Of a stretch of DNA of 64,000 nucleotides, positions 20,174 to 33,947 are shown piece after piece; the first letter of the stretch is position 1; the number at the start of each line of letters is the position of its first letter. The position numbers and the translations under genes were made by a program. Origin of the DNA: Dinoroseobacter sp. (GTDB lineage: Bacteria > Pseudomonadota > Alphaproteobacteria > Rhodobacterales > Rhodobacteraceae); the NCBI GenBank assembly GCA_030066795.1, contig JASJAW010000017.1, positions 22,959-86,958 of the forward strand, read 5' to 3'. Under the pieces are notes generated by a model. That model worked only from the letters and a program-made list of their open reading frames with translations, was not told where the DNA came from and searched no databases.

Positions 20174-20895
20174 GCGAGATTTGGACCGCAATCGACGCTA
20201 CTTGGGCGCCGGCCGCGTATCACACATGTGGCCCGGTAGTGCTTCGGGAAGGAATTGGCGGCGGGCAGCGCGTCTCCGCTGCGACGACCGAAGCTGGTTG
20301 TACCGATGTGGACATAGCCGCCGCAGCACAGGCGATGCGCGATCTTGGGCAAGTGCCGCTTTTTATGGTGCGCGGCGACCAGCCTGACTTTGATAAGCAG
20401 CTGAGCCGTCTTGGCTTTATGATTAAGGATCCCGTGGTTGTACTGGATGGGCTTCTAGAGGGCGCGGTCATGGAGCCACCGCCGCCGGTCTCGGCCTTTC
20501 CGATTTGGCCCCCGTTGCAGATCATGAAGGAACTGTGGGCAGCAGGTGGAATCGGAGCCGCGCGTCTGGACGTCATGGCGCGGTCCGCCGATCCAAAGAC
20601 AGCCTTTCTGGGGCGTGTAGAGGATCGCGCCGCCGGATGTGCTTTCATATCCATGCTAGGCGATCTAGCCGTTATTCATGCGGTGGAGGTTTTGTCTGCC
20701 TATCGACGCAAGGGAGTTGCTCAGAATATGGTTCGTGGGGCTGCCAATTGGGCGAAGACCCAGGGCGCGACGCGAATGGCCACCCTCGTCACAAAGGCTA
20801 ACAGGCCGTCGCTGGCGCTCTTTACTTCCCTTGGGCTGTCGCCCGTGGAACAGTATCACTACCGCGTACTGGGCGAGGAGGCGCAGACAGAATGA
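20170..20895 (+). CDS. GNAT family N-acetyltransferase
   Basis: C-terminal YRRKGVAQNMV..AA.WA...GA, N..SLALF.SLG. Confidence 0.8.
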   Translation: MSEIWTAIDATWAPAAYHTCGPVVLREGIGGGQRVSAATTEAGCTDVDIAAAAQAMRDLGQVPLFMVRGDQPDFDKQLSRLGFMIKDPVVVLDGLLEGAVMEPPPPVSAFPIWPPLQIMKELWAAGGIGAARLDVMARSADPKTAFLGRVEDRAAGCAFISMLGDLAVIHAVEVLSAYRRKGVAQNMVRGAANWAKTQGATRMATLVTKANRPSLALFTSLGLSPVEQYHYRVLGEEAQTE

Positions 20896-21458
20896 CAGAC
20901 CAGCCAACCGCACTTGACTTGCCGATGGCCGAGCCGTTGCCAGAGGCGACCGAGAAGTACTTTGCGATCTGCGAAGAGAAACTTGGGCTCGTACCAAATG
21001 TGCTAAAAGCCTACGCTTTCGATATCGAAAAGCTGAACACTTTTACGGCTCTCTATAATGATCTGATGCTTGCCGACAGTGGGCTTTCTAAGCTTGAGAG
21101 AGAGATGATAGCCGTTGCGGTTTCTTCGGTGAATCGGTGCTACTACTGTCAGGTCGCCCATGGCGCGGCGGTGCGGGAGCTTTCGGGAACTCCCGAACTC
21201 GGGGAGCAAATGGTCATGAACTACCGCGTGGCGGACCTCTCCGAGCGTCAACGGGTGATGCTGGATTTCGCTGTGGCGTTGACCGAGAGCAGTGCCAAGA
21301 CAACCGAAGCGGATCGACAGACACTGCGGGATGTCGGGTTTTCAGACCGGGACATCTGGGACATCGCCGCGGTCACCGGCTTCTTTAATATGACCAATCG
21401 CGTTGCATCGGCCACGGATATGCGCCCCAACCCGGAGTATCACGGGGCCCATAGGTGA
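20892..21458 (+). CDS. Peroxidase-related enzyme (AhpD/CMD family)
   Basis: LSKLEREMIAVAVS.VNRCYYCQVAHG CxxC motif, FFNMTNR. Confidence 0.88.
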   Translation: MTDQPTALDLPMAEPLPEATEKYFAICEEKLGLVPNVLKAYAFDIEKLNTFTALYNDLMLADSGLSKLEREMIAVAVSSVNRCYYCQVAHGAAVRELSGTPELGEQMVMNYRVADLSERQRVMLDFAVALTESSAKTTEADRQTLRDVGFSDRDIWDIAAVTGFFNMTNRVASATDMRPNPEYHGAHR

Positions 21459-22378
21459 AAGCAGCGCCGCTGGTTCTGTCGGTATTGGTGGTCACCGGCC
21501 CTGGTCTTGCGCAGGACATACCTGTCCAGATGCCTGCGGGTGCGCAACTTGTTCTACAGACAGAAGACGCTTTTGCGCGGGTGACGTTCCCTGTTGGCTC
21601 GGCAAGCAATGGTGACGTCCCACAAGACAAGCAGGAGGGTACGGTACGCACTTCGGTTATTCAGTTTCCAACCGAAATGTCACTGGATGCGTTGATGGTG
21701 AATCTTCGATCTCAGCTTGTGGGCGAAGATCAGGTAGTCTTGCTGGACTGTACCAGCCGAACTTGTGGTGGGTTCGATTTTCGCGAAGCGGTGGAAACCA
21801 TCCCGCCACCAGAAATGATCGTGGACTTGGCAGTGTTCGGATATTTGGCGGTGCGCAATGGTATTTCCGGTCAGGTCGATTTCGCGCTTTTGAGCCTTGC
21901 CGGCGGCACCGGATATCTACAGCACGTTTCAGTCACGCCCGCACCTGCGCCCGTGATTGAGATGCCTTCGGCAACTGAAAGCACTGAGACCTTGGAGACG
22001 CCGACTAAGGAGGAAGGTCTTTTCGCTGGGCGCGGAACAATTGTGCTAGAGGGGTTAGAATTCGAAACCGGCAGTGCGGCGCTAAGCGATGCGGACTACC
22101 CCGGGTTGCGGGAGCTTGCAGCATTCCTCGCTTCCAATCCCGACGCGACAGTTATTCTGGTTGGGCACACTGACGCCGAGGGCAATCTGGAGCCAAACAT
22201 AACGCTGTCACGCCAAAGGGCCGAAGCGGTGCGTACAAGACTAATTAACGGGTTTGGGGTTCCGCCCGCTCAGCTTCTGGCGGACGGGGTTGGCTATCTG
22301 GCCCCTCGCGCAACGAACACGACCCAGGAGGGTCGCCTCAGAAACCGCCGGGTCGAGGCGGTCCTCATGGCTCGTTAA
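21455..22378 (+). CDS. OmpA family protein (secreted N-domain + peptidoglycan-binding domain)
   Basis: Signal peptide, CGGFDFR, FETGSA, LVGHTD.EG..N..LSRQRAEAV, NRRVE. Confidence 0.88.
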   Translation: MKAAPLVLSVLVVTGPGLAQDIPVQMPAGAQLVLQTEDAFARVTFPVGSASNGDVPQDKQEGTVRTSVIQFPTEMSLDALMVNLRSQLVGEDQVVLLDCTSRTCGGFDFREAVETIPPPEMIVDLAVFGYLAVRNGISGQVDFALLSLAGGTGYLQHVSVTPAPAPVIEMPSATESTETLETPTKEEGLFAGRGTIVLEGLEFETGSAALSDADYPGLRELAAFLASNPDATVILVGHTDAEGNLEPNITLSRQRAEAVRTRLINGFGVPPAQLLADGVGYLAPRATNTTQEGRLRNRRVEAVLMAR

Positions 22379-22386
22379 CTGTCAGA

Positions 22387-23292
22387 TCAGGCCGTTTTCG
22401 GATCGGGTTCTGCGAATTCCCGCACGAGGAAGTCAATAAACGCGCGCACTTTTGGCTGCGTAAAACGCCCCGGTGGGTAGACTGCGTAGATGCCCATTGC
22501 TTCCAAGGGCAGATCTGGGAGCACTTCCACGACCTTGCCGTCATCGAGCGCGTTTGCGTAGAGGAAGCTTGGCAGATACGCGATCCCAAGGCCGGACATA
22601 GCCGCGTTTAACAAGGACTGGCCATCGTTTACAGTGAGCCAGCCTGCAGTGCGTACCTGACGCTTCTCGCCGGACGGCGCGGTTACCTTCCAGACATTAC
22701 CTGAGGCCTGGTTGGAGTAGTGCAGGAGCTTATGGTCGCTTAGGTCATCAATCCGACGCGGTGTGCCGTATCTCTGCAAGTAATTCGGGGAGGCAATCAT
22801 CCGTTTGGTCGTGTCTGTCAGTTTCCGAGCACGCAAGGTGCTGTCCTCCAGGTCTCCGACACGTACTGCGAGGTCAAAACCTTCCGAAATCAGTTCAACA
22901 TAGCGGTTGTTCAGAACCATGTTGATTTGGATCTCGGGAAATTGGTGCAGGAAACGTGACAGGATCGGCGACAAGTGGTTCACGCCGAAATCAGTGGCAA
23001 CCGAAATGCGCAAGAGGCCAGAAGGTTCGGATTGCATTGCGCTGACCAGAGCATCGGCTTCGCCAGCGTCGTTCAGCACCCGGCGCGCACGGTCATAATA
23101 GGCCAGGCCAATCTCGGTTGGGCTTACGCGTCGTGTTGTGCGGTTAAGCAATCGTGCGCCGAGGCGTGCCTCCAACGAGGAGACGTGCTTAGAGACAGCC
23201 GATTTCGAAATGCCCATTTTCTTGGCGGCGTCGGTAAAACCACCTTGATCCACAACTGTGGCGAAGGCTTCCATTTCGGTCAATCGGTCCAT
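22387..23292 (-). CDS. LysR family transcriptional regulator
   Basis: MDRLTEMEAFATVVDQGGFT.AA..MGISKSAVSKHVSSLE.RLGARLLNRTTR. Confidence 0.93.
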   Translation of the reverse strand: MDRLTEMEAFATVVDQGGFTDAAKKMGISKSAVSKHVSSLEARLGARLLNRTTRRVSPTEIGLAYYDRARRVLNDAGEADALVSAMQSEPSGLLRISVATDFGVNHLSPILSRFLHQFPEIQINMVLNNRYVELISEGFDLAVRVGDLEDSTLRARKLTDTTKRMIASPNYLQRYGTPRRIDDLSDHKLLHYSNQASGNVWKVTAPSGEKRQVRTAGWLTVNDGQSLLNAAMSGLGIAYLPSFLYANALDDGKVVEVLPDLPLEAMGIYAVYPPGRFTQPKVRAFIDFLVREFAEPDPKTA

Positions 23293-23418
23293 GTCGCAAT
23301 CCTGGCAGCTAAGTTCAGGTGTCAGGTATTGCGTCGAAATTGGGCAGATTTGAGCCGACGGGCAGACAATATCGGGGTTATCCACAGCCTGTTCGTGGCA
23401 TGGAAACACGCAATAAGG

Positions 23419-25515
<2,097 letters not shown>

Positions 25516-25890
25516 TCAGCCTAGGCTGCGGGACCGCATCGCCGTGCGAAACGCTGATCTGAGCTGGTCGAGTTCCGCGCGCAAGGCCGCGATTTCAGCG
25601 CGCATGTCATCCGATGCGGCGATACCTGCGATAATTGGAATACGGTATAGAATCTCACGGGCCTCTTGATCTTCTATTAGTATAAGATGTGTGCCTTCTG
25701 TCAGCCCTTCGTCCGGGACGCGTAGCTGGACGTTCCATGTTTGCGCGAGCCCAGCGGCCGCAGCAATTTCGAGTTCGAGAGGAAGAGTACCATTCAAGGA
25801 AGCACGCAGAGCGGGTGTCGGACCTGGATCTTTGCGCTGAAGGCGACCGGTCCAAACAGCTTTCTTGAATGAGGTCTGAACGAGCGTCAT
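25516..25890 (-). CDS. Hypothetical protein (beta-rich N-terminus, C-terminal coiled coil)
   Basis: 124-aa ORF starting 5 nt after the upstream gene; ends DDMRAEIAALRAELDQLRSAFR. Confidence 0.7.
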   Translation of the reverse strand: MTLVQTSFKKAVWTGRLQRKDPGPTPALRASLNGTLPLELEIAAAAGLAQTWNVQLRVPDEGLTEGTHLILIEDQEAREILYRIPIIAGIAASDDMRAEIAALRAELDQLRSAFRTAMRSRSLG

Positions 25891-25895
25891 CTCTG

Positions 25896-26636
25896 TCAAA
25901 GGTCTGCCCTTTTGCTCCGCGATAATGTGACGTCGTGCAGTGTCACCGCATTCATCGACGGCTTTTCGAGGATAAGATCGACCCAAGCAGCTTCTACTGG
26001 GTTTTGACTCAGGCCAGCATAGGCGAGATCAAAACCGACCGTATGTCGTCCGTGCGACGCGTCGCCGAAACCGAAACCCGCCAATTGTTGTAGGACGTTG
26101 GGCCCCTGCTTCAGGTTCAGTCGCGCATAGATCGGCAAACCGGTTTCCATTTCCGCCTGCAGGGACACTCGGATCACGTCATCCTTGTGCCAGTCTGAAG
26201 TTTCCGGGTCGTCAAGGTTCAGACAGAGCGAGAGGAAACTGCCCTCAAAATGAAGTACGTCCACTTTGAGAATGAACGGTGCTGGCGAGGACGGTGCTGC
26301 AATCAATTGACGCAGAGTGAGTTGGGCGAGAGGACAATCGTGATACAGCGTCAGCGAGGGCGCGATCTCGGTGCCGGTCGCGGAGCCAACAAAGTGTCTC
26401 GCCAGAGCGCTTTGAGACCATGGTTTTGGGCGTGTCGCCCAGATCTCTCCGGTCTGTAGGTCCGGTTTTGGATCGGCAATCTGCCAGATCGCGGCTTCGG
26501 CGTCCCTCAGCTCCGCATCTGCAACCGCACGTGCATGCACCGACTCGGCTAACCGGTATTTGGCGGCGTCGACGTCTTCCGCACCGTCGGCCCCTGAGCT
26601 GGTCTGGGTCAGATACTGGCTGAGGTTTTGAAGCAT
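25896..26636 (-). CDS. Hypothetical protein, DUF6478-like
   Basis: Clean ORF; F.GSFLSL, ARLNLKQGPN, WVDLILEKP.MN.V.L.D resemble the Rhodobacterales DUF6478 family as I recall it. Confidence 0.6.
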   Translation of the reverse strand: MLQNLSQYLTQTSSGADGAEDVDAAKYRLAESVHARAVADAELRDAEAAIWQIADPKPDLQTGEIWATRPKPWSQSALARHFVGSATGTEIAPSLTLYHDCPLAQLTLRQLIAAPSSPAPFILKVDVLHFEGSFLSLCLNLDDPETSDWHKDDVIRVSLQAEMETGLPIYARLNLKQGPNVLQQLAGFGFGDASHGRHTVGFDLAYAGLSQNPVEAAWVDLILEKPSMNAVTLHDVTLSRSKRADL

Positions 26637-26733
26637 GTCCGTGTCCTGCCAAGCCTGATGAGGCAATGGCACATTATCCGCAATTCCATGCGAATGCGTA
26701 TACACCGCAAACACAGCTTTGAACTAGGTGTTC

Positions 26734-27399
26734 TTACTTAGCGTTCTCGCGTCGAATAATCGACGCAAACTCTCGGACGGTCGCCATGCCGGCATCGGCG
26801 GACAAGGGATCATCTTCGAAGCCAAGAACTGTTAACGAGACAATCGCGCCTTCAATATCGAGCATCGCGCGCCACTGCTCCGAGGACATACCAGGCGCGT
26901 AGCCCGGGCTTTTGTCATAAGCATGAAGGTAAAGGACATCCCCGCTCTTGCGCGTATTGAGAATCCCGACGCTTGATGCGTCTCCTGAGCGGCTTAGCAA
27001 AGCGCGTCCGTCTTCGGTTTTAAGGAACTCCGCGACTTCAGCGCCCTGATCTCTGATGGAAACGCTCCCGAGTTCTTGCACGGCAGCGGTCAACAAGGCA
27101 CGAACCTCAGGCTGTGGCTGACGCGGTGCCCGCGCGATTGCTGCGCAATTTCCAAGCAGGACGAATGCCCCTTCTTCTTCATCGCGAAGTGTAGCTGGGT
27201 CTATACAGAAGCCCGAAGGCCCGGCGATTGTAACGGCACTGCGCGAAACAGTGACCTCTCGCTGGGCAGGCTCTCCGGGCGCCTGAAGACAGCCCGAGAG
27301 ACCTGCGACCAAGAAAAATGCGGTAAGCGCCAGACCTGCGCGCTTACAGGTCGGCGTAGATGTGTTTCTCGACGCCCGCGCCAGGATGCGTGACCGCAC
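26734..27399 (-). CDS. Hypothetical lipoprotein (start uncertain, overlaps ilvD end)
   Basis: Hydrophobic stretch with lipobox LSG-C, then GPSGFCID and LLGNC Cys pair. Confidence 0.65.
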   Translation of the reverse strand: MRSRILARASRNTSTPTCKRAGLALTAFFLVAGLSGCLQAPGEPAQREVTVSRSAVTIAGPSGFCIDPATLRDEEEGAFVLLGNCAAIARAPRQPQPEVRALLTAAVQELGSVSIRDQGAEVAEFLKTEDGRALLSRSGDASSVGILNTRKSGDVLYLHAYDKSPGYAPGMSSEQWRAMLDIEGAIVSLTVLGFEDDPLSADAGMATVREFASIIRRENAK

Positions 27400-29077
27400 C
27401 GTGCTTAGCGCCGCCCACAAGCTGGGCGTATTTCCAGAGTGCTCCGGAGGCATAGATCGTTTCCCGGGGTCCAGCCCACTGCTCTTTTCGCTGAGCGAGT
27501 TCCTCGTCCGACAACGCGACCGAGATCTCACCTTTCTTGGCGTCTATCGTAATCATGTCGCCGTTCTGCAGCAAGGCGATTGGCCCGCAATGCGCTGCCT
27601 CCGGCCCGACATGGCCGACGCAGAACCCGCGTGTTGCGCCAGAGAAACGCCCGTCGGTGATAAGTGCCACTTTTTTGCCCATGCCCTGACCGGACAAGGC
27701 AGCTGTCGTGGCGAGCATTTCCCGCATTCCAGGGCCGCCGGCAGGGCCTTCATTGCGAATCACAATGACCTCGCCTTCCTCGTAGGCGCGGTCCTGCACA
27801 GCTGCGAAGGCGTCTTCTTCACACTCAAAAACGCGCGCTGGGCCGGTGAAGGACAACTGGTCATCCGACATGCCCGCGATCTTAACGATAGCACCTTCCG
27901 GAGCGAGATTGCCTTCGAGCCCAACAACCCCCCCAGTGGTGGAGAGTGGCTTGTCCACGGGGTAGACCACACGGCCATCGGCTTCGAGCGCGACCTTGTC
28001 CAATTCCTCGCCGATGGAATAGCCGGTCGCGGTCATGCAATCCTCGTGCACGAGGCCTGCGCGGCGCAACTCTCGCATCACGACCGGAACACCGCCCGCT
28101 TCGTACATGTCTTTAGCCACGTATTTACCGCCCGGCTTGAGGTCCACGAAATAGGGCGTGTCGCGGAAGATCTCGCAGACATCCTGAAGCGTGAATTCGA
28201 TCCCGGCCTCATGCGCGATGGCGGGCAGATGCAGACCAGCGTTCGTTGAGCCACCTGTGCAGGCTACGATCCGCGCGGCATTTTCCAGCGATTTGCGGGT
28301 GACAATGTCCCGAGCACGGATGTTTTTCTCCACGAGGTCCATTACGGCGCGTCCAGACGCCTCGCCATAAGCATCGCGGCTCTCGTACGGGGCGGGTGCG
28401 CCGGCGGAGTTCGGCAATGCCAGACCGATCGCTTCAGATACGCACGCCATTGTGTTGGCCGTGAACTGACCGCCGCATGCGCCAGCCGACGGACAGGCGA
28501 CGCGTTCCAGAACTTCCAGTTCGGCATCGGAATAATTTCCGGCCTGATGTTTGCCGACCGCTTCAAACACATCCTGAACAGTCACATCCTCACCGTTCAA
28601 CCGGCCCGGAAGGATCGACCCGCCATAGATAAAGACAGAAGGCACGTTCAGGCGGACCATCGCCATCATCATGCCGGGCAGCGACTTGTCGCAACCCGCA
28701 AGACCCACGATGGCGTCATAGCAATGGCCGCGCATGGTCAGTTCGACCGTGTCTGCAATTGCCTCGCGCGAGGCGAGCGAAGACCGCATTCCTTCATGGC
28801 CCATCGCGATGCCGTCTGTCACAGTGATCGTCGTGAACTCGCGGGGTGTCCCGTAGGCTTGCTTGACGCCCATTTTCACCGACTGTGCTTGGCGGTTCAA
28901 AGCGATGTTACAGGGGGCCGCTTCGTTCCAGCAGGTCGCCACACCGACCAGGGGCTGATGAATCTCTTCTTCCGTCATGCCCATCGCGTAGTAATAGGAC
29001 CGGTGCGGCGCACGGGCCGGCCCCTCGGTCACATGGCGGCTGGGCAATTTGGACTTGTCGAATGGACGCTTGAGCAT
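27344..29077 (-). CDS. ilvD: Dihydroxy-acid dehydratase
   Basis: [73 protein letters not shown]. Confidence 0.95.
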   Translation of the reverse strand: MLKRPFDKSKLPSRHVTEGPARAPHRSYYYAMGMTEEEIHQPLVGVATCWNEAAPCNIALNRQAQSVKMGVKQAYGTPREFTTITVTDGIAMGHEGMRSSLASREAIADTVELTMRGHCYDAIVGLAGCDKSLPGMMMAMVRLNVPSVFIYGGSILPGRLNGEDVTVQDVFEAVGKHQAGNYSDAELEVLERVACPSAGACGGQFTANTMACVSEAIGLALPNSAGAPAPYESRDAYGEASGRAVMDLVEKNIRARDIVTRKSLENAARIVACTGGSTNAGLHLPAIAHEAGIEFTLQDVCEIFRDTPYFVDLKPGGKYVAKDMYEAGGVPVVMRELRRAGLVHEDCMTATGYSIGEELDKVALEADGRVVYPVDKPLSTTGGVVGLEGNLAPEGAIVKIAGMSDDQLSFTGPARVFECEEDAFAAVQDRAYEEGEVIVIRNEGPAGGPGMREMLATTAALSGQGMGKKVALITDGRFSGATRGFCVGHVGPEAAHCGPIALLQNGDMITIDAKKGEISVALSDEELAQRKEQWAGPRETIYASGALWKYAQLVGGAKHGAVTHPGAGVEKHIYADL

Positions 29078-29197
29078 GGTTGCCTCCCCGGTTGCTGGGC
29101 ACTGGTCGGAATTGCCGGTGGGGATACGCTCTTGCGCAGTCGGAGACAAGCCGAAGGGTGCTTGCCCATCGTGCCGTGTCGCCCTAGCGTCCGGCGC

Positions 29198-30094
29198 ATG
29201 AAAGATCCCTACTACATGTTCGATAGTTTTGCCGCGCTTGCTCTCCCCCGCGTGCAGTTGTGGCGAACTGGTCTCGGAAGCGGGCTCACTCTCCTGTTCT
29301 ATCTGTTCGGTACGGTGCTTTTTGTCGTTGTGGGGTTGTTTGTCTTTGGCGACGCGTCGCCCGAAATGATCGCGTTCGCGGAGGGTGCCGGTCTTGGCCA
29401 GACTCCTCTTTCTGTGTTGATGCTTCTGGCGACCTTCGCAGTTCTGGCAGGTGCATTGTTCCTCTCGGTTCGCCTGGTGCACAAACGCGATCCGGAGACG
29501 CTTTTCGGCGTAGCAGGGCCGCGCGCTCGGGACTTCTGGCGCGCCACGGGCGTGTCTCTGGCGGTTACAGCGGTGACCATGGCAATTTCCCTGCCTTTTA
29601 CCGATCTGACCCCTAATCTCGACCTGGCGCGCTGGATCATGTTCCTGCTGCCAGCGTTGGTGTTCATCGCGATACAGACCGGAGCGGAAGAGTTGGTTTT
29701 TCGGGGCTACCTGCAACAACAGCTCGGCGCTCGTTTCAACTCGTTTCTGATCTGGGGCGTACTTCCCAGCGCGTTGTTTGGCGTTGCGCATTTCGAGATA
29801 GCTAGCGCCGGCGCCAGCGCGCCCTACGTGGCCCTTGCCGCAGGGCTTTTCGGTATTGTTGCAGCCGACTTAACTGCCAGAACGGGGTCGATCATGGCTG
29901 CTTGGGGTATGCATTTTGCAAACAACCTCGTCGCGATCCTTGGCGTTGGCGTACCTGGCAGCATCACCGGGCTCGCGCTCTATACAACCGAGATGCCACT
30001 GAACGATACCCGCGCGATCCTCCCGCTTCTGGTCCTCGACATGATCCTGACGGTCTTTGTCTGGTTCTTGGTCCGGCGCGCGCTGCGGGTCTGA
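29198..30094 (+). CDS. CPBP/CAAX (Abi) family intramembrane metalloprotease
   Basis: [26 protein letters not shown], multiple TM segments. Confidence 0.88.
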   Translation: MKDPYYMFDSFAALALPRVQLWRTGLGSGLTLLFYLFGTVLFVVVGLFVFGDASPEMIAFAEGAGLGQTPLSVLMLLATFAVLAGALFLSVRLVHKRDPETLFGVAGPRARDFWRATGVSLAVTAVTMAISLPFTDLTPNLDLARWIMFLLPALVFIAIQTGAEELVFRGYLQQQLGARFNSFLIWGVLPSALFGVAHFEIASAGASAPYVALAAGLFGIVAADLTARTGSIMAAWGMHFANNLVAILGVGVPGSITGLALYTTEMPLNDTRAILPLLVLDMILTVFVWFLVRRALRV

Positions 30095-30165
30095 TTGCAA
30101 TTCGCGCGTGCGCCGATTATCTCCGTGAAAACGGCTGTGAGGCCGGCTTAGGGACACATGCCTCG

Positions 30166-31104
30166 ATGAACTGGATCTCCAACTACGTCCGCCCCAAGAT
30201 CAACTCGCTTTTCTCGCGCCGTGAGATGCCCGAGAACCTGTGGACGAAATGCCCCAATTGCGGAACCATGCTGTTCCATCGCGAACTGGCAGAGAATTTG
30301 AATGTGTGTGTCAGCTGTGACCACCATATGGGTATCACACCGCGCGCCCGTTTCGAGGCCTTGTTTGACGGAGGAATCTTTACCGAAGTAGAGGTACCGG
30401 AGCCCGTCGCGGACCCGCTGCACTTCAAGGATCAGAAAAAATACCCTGAGCGGATGAAGGCTGCTGTGAAGGCCACTGGCGAGAAAGAAGCCATGCTCGT
30501 CGCGGAGGGGGAGATCGGGCGCACACCTATTGTTGCCGCGGCTCAGGACTTCAGTTTCATGGGTGGCTCGATGGGCATGTATGTTGGTAACGCGATAATC
30601 GCCGCCGCGCAGCGGGCGGTTGCCCTCGAACGTCCCTTGATCCTTTTTTCGGCCGCAGGAGGCGCCCGTATGCAGGAAGGCATTCTGAGCCTTATGCAAA
30701 TGCCGCGCACCACGGTTGCAGTGCAAATGCTGAAGGAAGCTGGACTGCCGTATATCGTGGTGCTGACCCATCCGACGACCGGCGGTGTTACCGCGTCCTA
30801 CGCCATGCTGGGCGATGTTCAGATTGCCGAGCCGAACGCGTTGATCTGTTTTGCTGGGCCCCGCGTAATCGAACAAACCATCCGCGAGAAGCTGCCCGAG
30901 GGTTTCCAGCGGGCAGAGTACCTGCTTGATCACGGCATGCTCGACCGGGTGACGCATCGCATGGCAATGCGCGATGAGCTGATCCGGATTACCCGAATGC
31001 TGACTTTGCAAGGGCCTGAGATCAAAGGCGACTTGCCCGCACCGGAGCCTGAAAGCTCCCCGCCGCCCGATCAGCAACTCAAACCGGACAGTGCGGCCGA
31101 GTGA
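30166..31104 (+). CDS. accD: Acetyl-CoA carboxylase carboxyltransferase beta subunit
   Basis: [13 protein letters not shown] zinc finger, [42 protein letters not shown]. Confidence 0.96.
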   Translation: MNWISNYVRPKINSLFSRREMPENLWTKCPNCGTMLFHRELAENLNVCVSCDHHMGITPRARFEALFDGGIFTEVEVPEPVADPLHFKDQKKYPERMKAAVKATGEKEAMLVAEGEIGRTPIVAAAQDFSFMGGSMGMYVGNAIIAAAQRAVALERPLILFSAAGGARMQEGILSLMQMPRTTVAVQMLKEAGLPYIVVLTHPTTGGVTASYAMLGDVQIAEPNALICFAGPRVIEQTIREKLPEGFQRAEYLLDHGMLDRVTHRMAMRDELIRITRMLTLQGPEIKGDLPAPEPESSPPPDQQLKPDSAAE

Positions 31105-32381
31105 CGATGCATGACGGGTCGGATCGGGTTTTGACCCGATTGATGGCGCTGCACCCCAAGGTGATCGACCTGGTGCTGGATCGGGTCTGGGATCTTCTGG
31201 AAGCGCTGGACCATCCGGAACGTGCATTGCCGCCTGTTATTCACGTGGCAGGAACGAACGGCAAAGGTTCGACCCTTGCAATGGTGCGGGCTGGGCTTGA
31301 AGCAGCAGGCTTGAGCTGCCACGCTTATACTTCTCCGCATTTGGCACGCTTCCATGAACGCATCCGTCTAGCGGGGGCATTGATCTCCGAAGATGCGCTT
31401 TTGGAGGCGTTGGAGGAATGCGAGGCCGCGAATGCCGGTGCGCCTATAACCTACTTCGAAATAACCACCGTTGCCGCTTTGCTCGCCTTTGCGAGGATTC
31501 CGGCGGACTTCACTCTTTTGGAAGTTGGCTTGGGAGGTCGACTGGACGCAACAAATGTGATTGACAGGCCAGCCATCTGTGCAATTACCCCTGTTTCCTA
31601 CGATCACCAGCAATTTCTTGGCAACACGTTGCCCGAAATAGCCGCCGAGAAAGCGGGTATTCTCAAGCGCGGTGTGTCCTGTGTTGTCACCCGTCAGGAG
31701 GATGCTGCGCTAGAGGTAATAGAGGCGCGGGCGATGCGCGTCGGTGCGCCGCTGCTCGTGCAACAGCAACACTGGCATGTCTGGGAAGAACGGGGTCGCT
31801 TAGTTTATCAGGACGAAAGCGGTCTTCTGGACGTGCCGCTGCCTGCGTTACCTGGCGCGCACCAGATCGATAATGCTGGAGCTGCACTGGCGATCCTGCG
31901 GGCGCTTGGCAAGGGCGATGCGGACGCGGCGATGACTGGCGCTGTCTGGCCCGCTCGTATGCAGAAGTTGACGGAGGGTCGATTGAAAGACTTTCTGCCA
32001 AATGCAGAGCTTTGGCTTGACGGTGGCCACAACCCGCAAGCAGGACAGGCGCTGGCCAGCCACCTCGCATCTAAGCCTGTTGCTGGCACGCATCTGATCT
32101 GCGGGATGCTCAAGACCAAAGATGTGGCGGGCTTTCTGCGCCCCTTGGCCGCGGTTGCGGACAGCCTGACAGCAGTCTCCATTCCGGGGGAGGCCGCAAC
32201 TCTGAGCGCATCCGAGACCGCCCGCGAGGCTGTCGCCGTGGGGATGGACGCAACGCAAGCCGATACTATTAAACAGGCCGTCGAAACCCTTGCTGCACAA
32301 GGGGCGCGGCGCGTGGTGATCTGCGGGTCACTTTACCTTGCCGGCGAGGTCCTGCGCCGGAACGAAACCTTGCCGACTTGA
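31101..32381 (+). CDS. folC: Folylpolyglutamate synthase/dihydrofolate synthase
   Basis: [55 protein letters not shown]. Confidence 0.95.
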   Translation: MTMHDGSDRVLTRLMALHPKVIDLVLDRVWDLLEALDHPERALPPVIHVAGTNGKGSTLAMVRAGLEAAGLSCHAYTSPHLARFHERIRLAGALISEDALLEALEECEAANAGAPITYFEITTVAALLAFARIPADFTLLEVGLGGRLDATNVIDRPAICAITPVSYDHQQFLGNTLPEIAAEKAGILKRGVSCVVTRQEDAALEVIEARAMRVGAPLLVQQQHWHVWEERGRLVYQDESGLLDVPLPALPGAHQIDNAGAALAILRALGKGDADAAMTGAVWPARMQKLTEGRLKDFLPNAELWLDGGHNPQAGQALASHLASKPVAGTHLICGMLKTKDVAGFLRPLAAVADSLTAVSIPGEAATLSASETAREAVAVGMDATQADTIKQAVETLAAQGARRVVICGSLYLAGEVLRRNETLPT

Positions 32382-32392
32382 GATAAGAACAC

Positions 32393-32686
32393 TCAGACCA
32401 ACGCATCCATCTTACGGGCGAGTTTCACGTCGAGGTCGGAGAGGCCCCCGACATCATGGGTGGTTAGTGTCACATCGACGGTTTTGTAGACGTTGAACCA
32501 TTCCGGGTGGTGATCCCATTTCTCCGCATAGAGAGCGGTACGGGTCATGAAGGCAAACGCTTCAGTGAAGTCGGCGAAAACGAAAGTTTTTCTAATCGCA
32601 TCACGGTCTGCCACCGGTTCCCAACCGCTCTCGATCAAGTTTGCGAGCACGGATTCTCGTGCATCTCCAGTGAGTTTTTCTGCCAT
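32393..32686 (-). CDS. phhB: 4a-hydroxytetrahydrobiopterin (pterin-4a-carbinolamine) dehydratase
   Basis: [27 protein letters not shown]. Confidence 0.92.
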   Translation of the reverse strand: MAEKLTGDARESVLANLIESGWEPVADRDAIRKTFVFADFTEAFAFMTRTALYAEKWDHHPEWFNVYKTVDVTLTTHDVGGLSDLDVKLARKMDALV

Positions 32687-33894
32687 TACTCTTCCTCCGT
32701 GACTTTGCGAAATGGGCCGTAAGACGTCAGGACTTCGATCTCCTCGTCTACAGCCTCGCGCTCTGCTTCCAAGTAGCTACGGATCGCCTCTGAAAACCCC
32801 GCGTCGCGAACCCAGTGGAGCGAATGTGTGGTCACCGGCAGGTAGCCGCGCGCGAGTTTATGAGCGCCTTGTGCACCAGCCTCGACACGGTTCAGGCCCG
32901 TCTGGATTGCGTAGTCAATGGCCTGATAATAGCAGGCTTCGAAGTGCAGGCAGGCGTGGTCTTCGATTGCGCCCCAATAGCGCCCGAACAGGGTCTCACG
33001 TCCAATGAAGTTCAGCGCGCCAGCTATCGGGCGGCCTTCGCGGACGGCTAGAACGAGCAACATGTCATCCCGGAGTGTGTCCTGCGCAATGTCGAAGAAA
33101 GCACGAGTAAGATAGGGTGTACCCCATTTGCGCGCACCAGTATCCTGGTAGAAACGCCAGAAAGCGTCCCAGTGTTCCGGTTTCAGATCGTCTCCGGTCA
33201 GCGCGAGGATCTGACCTCCAAACCGCTGCGCAGTCGCGCGTTCCTTGCGGATGTTCTTGCGCTTGCGCGAGGACAGATTTTCCAGAAATGTGTCGAAGTC
33301 CGGATAGCCGTGGTTTTGCCAATGAAACTGTTGGCTTGCGCGTGCCATTAGCCCCATGTCCGCACCCACTCGGGCTTCGGCTTCAGTGCAAAACGTGATG
33401 TGCAGAGAGCTTAGCGCATTTTCATCCGCGATTTGCACCGCGCCTTGGACAAGCGCTGCATGGCCGACCCCCTCGTGTCCCGGCTTCACAAGTAACCTGC
33501 GCCCTGTCGCTGGAGTGAATGGTACGGCCATTTGCAGTTTGGGGTAGTAGCGCCCGCCCGCCCGCTCGTACGCATGCGCCCAATTATGATCAAAGATGTA
33601 TTCACCCTGACTGTGCGACTTCGCATAGAGTGGAGCTACCGCGATCAGTTCTCCGTTTCGGCGTGCCGACAGATATTGCGGTGTCCAACCTGTCCCCACC
33701 CCGACAGAGCGAGATGCTTCAAGGGCTGACAAAAACCGATACGTGGTGAAAGGGTCAAAGGGTCGGCCACCCTGTGATCCTTCAGGGGTGGCGCAGGCAT
33801 CCCAGTCCGCTGCCCCGATTTGTGAAATCGCGCTATGGACGGAGATTTCAATCCGCGCTTTTGGGTCATCGACGGGAGTTGGCTGGGCTGTCAT
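32686..33894 (-). CDS. FemAB-like GNAT fold protein (DUF482 family)
   Basis: [62 protein letters not shown]. Confidence 0.88.
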   Translation of the reverse strand: MTAQPTPVDDPKARIEISVHSAISQIGAADWDACATPEGSQGGRPFDPFTTYRFLSALEASRSVGVGTGWTPQYLSARRNGELIAVAPLYAKSHSQGEYIFDHNWAHAYERAGGRYYPKLQMAVPFTPATGRRLLVKPGHEGVGHAALVQGAVQIADENALSSLHITFCTEAEARVGADMGLMARASQQFHWQNHGYPDFDTFLENLSSRKRKNIRKERATAQRFGGQILALTGDDLKPEHWDAFWRFYQDTGARKWGTPYLTRAFFDIAQDTLRDDMLLVLAVREGRPIAGALNFIGRETLFGRYWGAIEDHACLHFEACYYQAIDYAIQTGLNRVEAGAQGAHKLARGYLPVTTHSLHWVRDAGFSEAIRSYLEAEREAVDEEIEVLTSYGPFRKVTEEE

Positions 33895-33947
33895 GGGCTC
33901 GCATATCTGTTTGCGCATTCGGTTAGATGGCGTCCAGGTCCGGGCGG

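Noticed and set aside
29078-29791. 238-aa N-terminal extension of ilvD in the ORF track
   Set aside because: It overlaps the CPBP protease on the other strand; homology starts at [16 protein letters not shown] (29077)
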